Origin: Macrostomum lignano
Taxonomy: Eukaryota
Reading direction: 5' to 3'
Assembly (NCBI GenBank): GCA_002269645.1
Contig: NIVC01003828.1
Location: 1-64,000 of the forward strand
DNA length: 64,000 nucleotides
This document shows, piece after piece, positions 55,705 through 64,000 of the stretch; within the stretch, counting starts at the first letter, position 1; every line of letters begins with the position of its first letter. The notes beneath the pieces were generated by a model, which saw only the letters and a list, made by a program, of their open reading frames with translations, was not told where the DNA came from and searched no databases. Both the position numbers and the translations under genes were made by a program.

Positions 55705-56994
55705 TGTCTATGGCCAAATCCGAAGTTGACCAGTACAAGTCAGCTAGCGAGTGAGCAAGCGCGCGAGTCTAAGTAAGATACTTTTTTATCTGCTCTGCGA
55801 TGGAAGAGTCATATATAATAAATCTACTTGTTATACTATGGCGAAGACTGTTGGTGATTTTGATCCGAACTGACTGCGCCAATCTGACATCGATGCTGTC
55901 TTAGCTGTCGGTGGAGACCTTCGTAATCATCATGATATCTCAGCCGTCATGATGATTACGAAGACATGATTGCGAATTCATGATGACTACTGGCAGCTAC
56001 ATGACAACAGCTACGTCGGAGGAGTCCGGAACGTCTCAATCGAATTACTTCGGATCATCATTAACTTTCGAAGATGCCATGGCTCTTAACGACAGTAGGA
56101 AGTTATCAAAGACACTGGATAGAGACAAGTGGGCGAGTAAAGTGTTCACCGCCTGGATGGCTACCAGATTTCACCAACTTCCAGACACGGTTGGTGAACT
56201 GAGTCACGACCAGCTACGTGACTTGCTACCGCGATTCTTCCACGAAAATGGAGGAACGCTATCCCCTTGGATCAATTGTCTCCATCGCTGCTGGACTACA
56301 GCGTCAGGCCAGTGCTTGCAGTAAAAATCCACCTGCGGACTTCTTTTCGGGGTCAGGACTTCAAAGTTGTCACTGATTCGATTGATGCTGCTATGAAAAT
56401 TTCTACTTCAAGTACCAAGGAGGGCAATGGACTAAAGCGCAAGAGTGCTGAAACGAATTAATTCGAAGAAGAGGCGCAACTTTGGGAGAAACAACTTGGT
56501 GACAACCAGCATGGCGTGGTGAAAAGAACAGTAACTGTTTTTGCCGCTTGTCGAGGAGCTCCTGCATTGTGTTTGGGTGCTTGCTTTGCTAGCTGGCACA
56601 TGGTTCATCCTAATTGACCATGGTAGGATGAGCGGCTTTTGTGTTGAAAAAACAATGAAGTTTTGGCGGCCTAATGCGCACTTCTATTTATTCATGAGCT
56701 GAATTCCCTTTTTCTGTCACCTATTCTACTGTGTTTTTCTGTTCGAATACAGTTCAATTATACACAGCTCGTTCTATCTATTAATAGTCAAGACTGCTTT
56801 ATAAAAACTAATGCTTTTTGCGTTAGTTTGTGTTATCGATACAGAAATCATGATCTACGTTCGTGTTATACTATACTACGTATAAGATACAAATGTACTA
56901 ACTACTTCAAATACTATTATTCGTTTTTAATATACGCAGGTGTACACTTGGTCCTGGTCCTATAATTCTTGATCTGTGATGATTGCCATAGACA
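55705..56994 (+). mobile_element. Crypton-like (tyrosine recombinase/DUF3504) element remnant 1, bounded by TGTCTATGG...CCATAGACA
   Basis: KTLDRDKWASKVFTAW..ELSHDQLRDLLPRFFHE.NG, then frameshifted QDFKVVTDSIDAAMKIS..KEGNGLKRKSAE..EEEAQLWEKQLG, typical of Crypton YR N-terminal/core regions. Confidence 0.78.
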
Positions 56995-57172
56995 TTGCCA
57001 CCTAACCTATAGGAAAACAAGCAGCTTTCCAACGAAAACGGACGCGGCACGTTTTTGAGCCATGTCAGTCGGCAACGGGGGTATTAAATTCTGCAATCTA
57101 CGATTGCCCTAGACACTAAGATTCGGTTCCGTCAATAACTATGATTATACCCCTTTTGGCCACGCCGAATAA

Positions 57173-58369
57173 GTCTATGGTCCAATGTAAGACCGGCCAA
57201 ATAAACGATCCAAATAAAAAAAAATAAGATAAACGAATGAGCCACAAGAAAGTACTCAAAGAAATACATGTACAAGCAACAAATTATACTGTTTTAGAAA
57301 GCGAGCAGTTGTTAACCAGTTTTTTGGCTTGACAGTTAAAAGTAAGTCAATAGGTAGTAACAGATCAACTCAATCAAAGTTGACAATCACCCCGCAAACT
57401 CCACATTGACCCCCCCCCCAAATCACAGAACTCACCAGTTGTTGTGAACATAACTACCAATCACGCCTTCAGACCAGAGTTTCTTTTCGGACGTCGGCTC
57501 TCATTGAATTCCCCGTCCTTCCAGAGGCTCCATGGCTTTCCGCATTGGTTGAACAAGTAGTATTGCAGCATGCTGAAAATAATCCTTCAACGTAGAAACA
57601 CCATAGCGATCACCACGTTGATTCCGGATCTCAAAGATAAAACACTTGAGAATGTAGTTGAGATCGCGCTTGCTCAAACTCGGATAGTCGGTTGCGGTTG
57701 CCAATGGCAATTCACTTAAGACAGCTTCCACTTCAGCAAGACTAAGTGGTTTAAAGCTGACGCTATTAACATCACTCATGCAGCAAATAAATCGAAAATG
57801 TCACAGAAAAGGTTTATTAGAGACAGAGACAACTACTCACTTTTAAATACCCAACACAGTCGTTTTTGTGACGGGCATCAAACAATTTCTCTAGTTCAAA
57901 TGTACAATGTTAATACGGCCAAACGGTGTATAAATAGAAATTATTTCCGTTTATTTTAGTCTATGGTCTGAAACATAAGCTTCGGACTCGCATCCAGGCC
58001 GAGGCGAAAAACGAGGTCCTCCTCTGCTTTTGTTTCAGACCAAAGAAATAAATAAATGGAAATAACTTTCATTTAAACAACAACATCAACAGCAACACGA
58101 GGTGGTTGAAATCAACGTAGCAAGCAACAAAAACAAATTAACAAGAGTGAGTGAGAAAGGATACGAATCTGATGCAATTTTTCTATGTCTAATTATTAAT
58201 TACCACACTGCAATTGTTCAGATAGAAGTGGATTGCGATGTCACTGCTGCGTGATTGCTCATGAGCTGCACGTTGAATTTGGCAACCATCGATCACAGCG
58301 GAACATTCTTGAAGTTTCACGTCTTATTTTTCCGACCATAGACTAAAATAAACGGAAATAATTTCTATT
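57173..58369 (-). mobile_element. Crypton-like remnant 2
   Basis: Minus-strand ORF 57779-57501 contains LSKRDLNYILKCFIFEIRNQRGDRYGVSTLKDYF (LNxxLxxFxxExRxxxGxxY motif). Flanked by GTCTATGG at 57173 and CCATAGAC at 58336. Perfect 36-bp inverted repeat 57933-57968 / 58334-58369. Confidence 0.72.
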
Positions 58370-58745
58370 GTCCGTTTGTACTGGCGCACACCGACCAAGC
58401 TCTTGTGGCCAGTTGTCTCCATGATTTGTTGTTCATCGAGTTCAGCATGGTACAATCTTGTGGCACAAGTGGCTCCCAGGCTGTGATTCCGCCTATTTCC
58501 CTGGACACCCGATTCTTAACAGAGACGCTTCAACATGGTCGAAACGGTATTCTTACCAAGTGAACGCTTGTTGTACCAACATGTCTCAGTAATTAAGATT
58601 CCGCATTGCCTGCAGGTAAAAGCGACTGGTGTCTGTCGGGCGTAAGCTAAAAAACTTCATAACCGGCAGAAGACGGATGGCACGATTTCGTGCCATAAAG
58701 TAAGTATATAATCTCTCCCGTTCATTCATTTATCTGTGGCCGTCT

Positions 58746-59522
58746 GAACGACTAAGAGCTTGTTTCTCGGCCGAGGCGCAGCCGAGGCCTGAGAAACGAG
58801 TTTGAAGTCGTTCTGGCCATAGACAAATGAATAAACGGGAGAGATAGTATTTTTCCACAACTTGGCTCGGTCTTGTGGAAAAAAAGAACTATAGCTCAAC
58901 AGTCTATGGTTCTGATCGAAACGGAACAGTCCCGAGTTTGATGCGATAGCGATAGTTTGATGCTGTGTTAGCAATTTAATTACAACGCTTGCGCACGAAA
59001 TAGCTGAAGACATTAGTGACTTTGCCAGTATTGACGACGATATAGCGAGAATGGAGACACCCTCAAGCCCTCGCTTTTTGATTTTACGTCGGAAGAAGAG
59101 GTCATGGCTGTTGTCGATGGCTGTGTGCCAGAAGCTACTAAGAAGAAAGCTACTTGGATGGTCAACACGTTCATCATGCTGGAGGCGCTCCGACAACTGG
59201 GACTACGACGGTTGCCATTGTTCCTGATGCTGGAGGCGCTCCGACAACTGGGTCTACGACGGTTTCTACTGCTCCTGCGAAGAAAATGCGAATCGAAGTT
59301 TTTGGAAATGATAACACCGTCGTGCTCACTATGGAGTGAGAAAGACAAAAAGTGCTTTACTGTCATCGACTATCAGTCCATTAGCGTTAGTGTCAACCAT
59401 AGTTGCTTTTTGTGGCTTTTTTGTTGTTGTTGACAGTTCCAAATAAATCGTTTCTTCGTCCGGGAAAAATAAATAAATAGCGGGCATCGGGCAAAATTAA
59501 GGCCCATATATATCCCATAGAC
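58746..59522 (+). mobile_element. Crypton-like remnant 3 (internally deleted) with upstream hairpins
   Basis: SPRF/(frameshift)DFTSEEEVMAVVDGCVPEATKKKATWMVNTF is fused to a C-terminal-like PAKKMRIEVFGNDNTVVLTME*. GTCTATGG at 58902 and CCATAGAC at 59515. Confidence 0.65.
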
Positions 59523-59713
59523 AAATGGTTGAAAAATAAAGCCCACACTTGACTAACTGCTTGGAATAGCGGGCAATTTAAGGCTCACACCATGCTCTAT
59601 TATGGCCAGCAACTATACTGGGCACGAAATGACGTTTCGCGCCCGCTGCATCTGTCAATGACAAAAACGCCTTCACTTCTATAGATCAACTTCATTTCGC
59701 GCCCGCTGTCACT

Positions 59714-60300
59714 GTCTATGGTAAAAATTTATACGAAGGACACTATTTGTATATAGTAGCCTGTATTTCTCGATTATTTCTCCATTTTCTCTACAGTATT
59801 TTTTTCGTTTTTGTATCATGTTGCGCTACGACAGAATACGCTAAAACGAAATTGGCGGTTTGACTGGCGATGAGTTGGATTTTGTCGCTCGTTTTGTAAA
59901 CCGCGAGGATACCGTCCCAATCGGCCAATGGACAGGCCTTACTGAGAACCATGAACGCTTCAACGACGAGGAACTCCGTGATCCAACCAACGCTGACATT
60001 TCTCTGTTGCGTGAGTTGACCTCTGAAGAACAATATCTTCTGCGACAGGTAGAGGAGGATAGCAAGCGAAAGTCTACCGCCAAGCAGACGGAACATCATA
60101 TTCAAAGGTTTAAAAAGTTTCTGATGGAACAGGCAATGCCAACCGACATTGAGAGCATCTGATGCTGGTTCAAATTCTCTTTCGAACTGCATGATAGCCA
60201 TTAGAAGTCCAGTTGGCGAAGCATCCAATTCGTTTGGGAACTGCAAGTTCGAAAACTGTACCTTAACATCACCCTCAACAAGTGAGTGTCTGATCGAGCA
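59714..60300 (+). mobile_element. Crypton-like remnant 4 (internally deleted)
   Basis: EEDSKRKSTAKQTEHHIQRFKKFLMEQAMPTDIESI is followed directly, in another frame, by SNSFGNCKFENC, like the F-x-NC-x-F-x-NC tail of such proteins. GTCTATGG at 59714. Confidence 0.6.
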
Positions 60301-60493
60301 GACTGAACTTTTAGCATGTTTGAGACAATGATGCGTCCCTTACTTCACTGTATACGTAAATAAGAGCTAAATAAGAGCCCACATTTCGTTTTAATCTGTT
60401 ATTGCTGATTGACTTACAATTAATGACCGGCCTTTAATCAGAGGTCATTACTACGAAGTGACATTTTAATCAATGACCGCTGCCGTTTTTAAT

Positions 60494-60831
60494 GTCTATG
60501 GCCAAGTTGAAGGGTTGAAGGGACGCGAAGGACCACCTTCTTATTTACAAGAATATGCGACCTTGAGGCTGCCGGGCACAGCATGTCCGACATCATGTCC
60601 ATCACTGGAAAACTATCTGAAAGAACAACGCGCCGGTACCTGGCCAAGAGACGGGATCGACCATTGCAACAATCCAGTGCAGCCGTGGCGTCAGTGCTTC
60701 AGCTACGAGTGGAAGATGAGAGTGCAGTTGCTCTGCAGCCTGGTGCCGCCCAGCGAACGGTTATTGACGAGTCGGAAGTGGCGAGGGAGATCAGCGTCGG
60801 GTCGGGGCCCAAGCTTGTCGTTAAAAACTGA
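60494..60831 (+). mobile_element. Tyrosine-recombinase catalytic C-terminal remnant 5
   Basis: Frame extended upstream of the 60583 ORF reads RRTTFLFTRICDLEAAGHSMSDIMSITGKLSERTTRRY, resembling YR box II (HSxR..L..AG..IMxxTGHxS....Y). Starts with TGTCTATGGCCAAGTTGAAG, like 54583 and 55705. Confidence 0.55.
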
Positions 60832-62039
60832 ACGTTGCATGGTTGCACATTCAATTAAATAATTTTTTGAATCTGACAGAACTTATCACTGACTCACTCC
60901 ACTGATACGAGTCGTGGCTACTGCAAAATGAATCAAGCTTTCTCGTTTTCATCCGTTTTATTGGTCCTTTTATTAAAATTTATGGTTTTTTTCCGTTTTG
61001 TAGTTATAAAGAGAAGCCATCTGTGTGTGACGGTGTGAGCTTTTGTAGATCGTTTTGTGAGCCGTCGTTGTGAAGCCTTTACAGAGTACATGTAATTATT
61101 GGTATTTAAGTATTCTATTTAATTGTACATCTGCACGTATTGTTTGACACGTTAAGTAGATTAAGTTCTTTGGATTTTTAAGATCTTTTACTACAACTTA
61201 AAATTACTACTAAAACGTTTTAAATTTGGTTCGCAGATTTTCGACAGTATTTTCGACAGCTCCCTGTAATTCGCCCAGTTACTTCTTCACTACGTGTAAA
61301 TCCTGATAGACCGCTACACAACTCATCAACATTAGCAAAAGAAAAGTAGGTCTACAACTTCGTCACATGTGTAATAAATTCTGATTCAAAAGAATGGCCA
61401 CCAATTGCATGGAGGTCACTGCATCAAACTAAAATTTTGGGCAATGACTACGCACAAATCCCTGTCGACTTGAACGTTAGAGAGAAAAGCAATTTTAACA
61501 GGTGCATCAGGGTAAGAGCAAACATTTTAGCATCCACGATGTAGAATTGTATTAAATAGTGAGAAAAAAGGAGGGCAGTAAGCGCAAGAAGCAAGGTGCT
61601 GTTTACTGAGCAAGAAGTGCAAGAAAAAGTTCTCTATTAGAATTGTAACGCAGAATCCTGAACTGACAACACATTTAAACGTGTTTACCAACGCTTGCTA
61701 TTTCTGCCCTGATATGGTGCGCGAAAGCTGCGAAATATGCGAGCTACCGTGAAAACTACTTTCCCAAGTGGAAAATGTCTTCAAATGGAAAAAAATATCT
61801 GACGTTGTTGGCCAAAGCACCATAAAGAATGGCGGGGATGCCGCTGCAGCCAAGACTGCTAAGCCCAATCGCTTCGCTGCGGCCGCTGCCGTTTAAACTA
61901 TCACCTCTGATGGCATCATCATCGACGTCAAGCATCTCTTCGCCGAGGTGGCGTGTGCCAGCAGAAGCGAGAACATCCTCTTCCACCGCGGCCACCATCG
62001 CCGGTAGGTCTACATGCATGCATAAAGTACAAAATCGAC

Positions 62040-63030
62040 TTAAAACTATTGTTTTGTGAATGTGATACAGCTTTAAGTATTGCGAAATATGGGCTGCATC
62101 TGTATGGCAACTTGTCAAAGTATAAATTACTATTACCAATCACAGACAAGGCTAAGCCAGCAGACTATTCAATGGCTGTGGCTGCCTACGAGGCGACTAT
62201 TCCGGTTTCGTAGAAACCGAAGTGCACGACATCGCGGCTCCTGACACCGGGCGTACCGCTGCACCCAGCAGTGCCCCTGTCTGCCAGTGTTACCGCTACC
62301 GCTGACGCGAGTCTCCGAGCCTTCCGTGCAATGTCCATATAGATGGTATATGTGCGAAACGCTTCGCAGATGAAGATGATGCTGGATAGCGCCTTGAGAA
62401 GGGGATACGCTACTCAGCTTGCGATTGGTAAGTAAAAACTCGCTGTGCCGCTTCTTTATGGGCGATCTTGCAGCTGCAACGATAGACATCGATGATAGCT
62501 GCCTGTCTCGCAACGTCCTGCTCTACAGATGGGCCATGTCCTACCCGTTGGGCAGTGTGACCCCTCGGCCAGACGATTCACAGTTGGTCTGTGGCAACCC
62601 GCTGCTGATGCGACAGACTCGAGTATTTTTCCTCAGTACAGATAATGCACCAGATACGGGCCGAGGAGTTGGGCATTAGCCCGCTGCCGTCCACCCTGGT
62701 TCGACCGAGTTTGTGCGGTGTTCTCAAGCTGTCTCCGGTAGTGGCATCGACCGCGGCTGCTGCCGCAGCAGATACCTCGCTCAGCAACATTAGCGCGCAC
62801 CGCGTTGTGCTGGGTGGCGGCTGGGCAGTCCAGCGCGAGCTTTGCGCCTCAATGCGGCAGGCACTTGTAGCTCCGGCTATATTGTATCTCTGGGGACCAA
62901 GCGGCGTTGGGAAGTTCGCTATGGTCGCAATACACTTCGGCCGCGAGACAGTGTACACTCCCGACTTATCGGAGACTTTCCCATTCGACGGACTGAAGCT
63001 CGGCATCCACCGCTGTCTATTCTGAAGTGG
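62040..63030 (+). mobile_element. Degenerate Rep-like gene (SF3 helicase, CRESS-DNA/parvovirus type), probable endogenous viral element
   Basis: Walker A ILYLWGPSGVGK, then VYTPDLSETFPFDGL and HRCLF* where Walker B is expected (disrupted). Upstream frames contain GLHLYG (HUH motif II-like) and CLSRNVLLYRWA. Frameshifts and stops throughout. Confidence 0.55.
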
Positions 63031-64000
63031 CTCATGCACTGTCGTCAGAACGTGGACTCTTCTCCAAAGACTTAGAGCAGCGTTAATGCTGATGCACTTT
63101 ATTGTTTTCTATATTGCCTTAAGGCTCAAACATGCTTTTAGGAAACAAACAAGAGAGCGGTGCTCTAAAATATACGAATGCCTGTAGAGAGATAGGACAT
63201 AGACAAAAAGCGAAACTTGAAGGGAACGAGAGAGTCAGTAAGAGAATTAATAGTAGTACATCAATGCGCGCGTTGATAGGAGGCATTCTCTCAATGCACA
63301 ACATATTCTTCGATGAGTTTCAGCAAGTACACGCGTCGTGGGGGCGCTGCAAAAGAACCCACAGCGGCAGACAGTCTGCACGCATCGATTGATTAGTCGA
63401 AACTGGAGGGCCGGCACAGAACCGAGTGGTGGTGGAGGCGCTACAGTCTTGCTGAGCCTGTCAGCGAGCAAGCGCATCCCCGTTTTGACCTCTTCTGGCA
63501 GACTATCATAGTATGTCGACTATCACAGCAAGCTGCATGCGGCTGAAGCTGCTGCTGACGACGGAAACGATGAAAGTGTCGCCCGAACCAAACCGCGTCG
63601 GCAGCATCAGCAGCAGCGAAAGTTGTCATCTTTGGCAGCGTCTGCGGTGGTTGTGGCGGCTACGGTCAAAGCGGCGGCGGCGGTGGCGGCAGAGGTGACT
63701 GAGTTCGAAGCGGCAGCATTTAGTCAGCCTTTAAAGCAGCATCAGCAAAATGCTGCAGTAGACAAACTGGACGCCGCGGTTTACGGCAAGGTGGCGGCCA
63801 AACAGCTAGCCATTTTGAAGATATGTTCTTCGACGAGGAGACCGGTATTCGCGACCGGCAGGACGCTGGTTTCCGAAAGGAATGGCAGTTTTACAATCTG
63901 GCGATGACGGCGTTGGCCAGAATGAACCCAAGCGCCGGCTTTCGCGATGCCTCATTCTGGTTGACGGATCTAAGGCAGGCTGCCAGAGGTCCGGTCCTCG

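Noticed and set aside
61756-62139. 127-aa minus-strand ORF as a host exon
   Set aside because: No recognisable domain or convincing splice pair; it overlaps the Rep-like remnant on the other strand.

Overview
Eukaryotic (animal) genomic DNA. Short GC-rich, Ala/Gln-rich exons sit in AT-rich intergenic DNA, and the introns are packed with minisatellites. This resembles a free-living flatworm such as Macrostomum (inference from style only). Five host genes can be rebuilt with consistent GT-AG phases: intronless Tim17 (3999-4493,+), Rab9 (6499-7945,+, start exon not found), Acinus/ACIN1 (7 exons, 14194-22376,+), GADD45 (4 exons, 24679-29494,+) and a KLF1/2/4-type zinc-finger factor (37920 to about 41850,-). 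Exons of a possible Cys-rich protein lie at 44149-44286 and 47256-47375. Most long ORFs in the supplied track are artefacts of tandem repeats. Mobile DNA includes two internally deleted long-TIR Tc1/mariner elements, a 6-bp-TSD non-autonomous DNA element, a MITE, Ty3/gypsy remnants and a tRNA-headed SINE-like element. The most interesting region is 54.5-63 kb: five tyrosine-recombinase (Crypton/DUF3504-like) remnants, each preceded in ORF orientation by GTCTATGG and three closed by its inverse CCATAGAC, followed by a degenerate CRESS/parvo-like Rep (SF3 helicase). Other highlights are a tandem array of nine perfect RFX X-boxes, inverted minisatellite arrays bracketing an exon, and tight GADD45-KLF2/4 linkage that mirrors human paralogons. 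All family assignments come from visual motif recognition; no searches were run.
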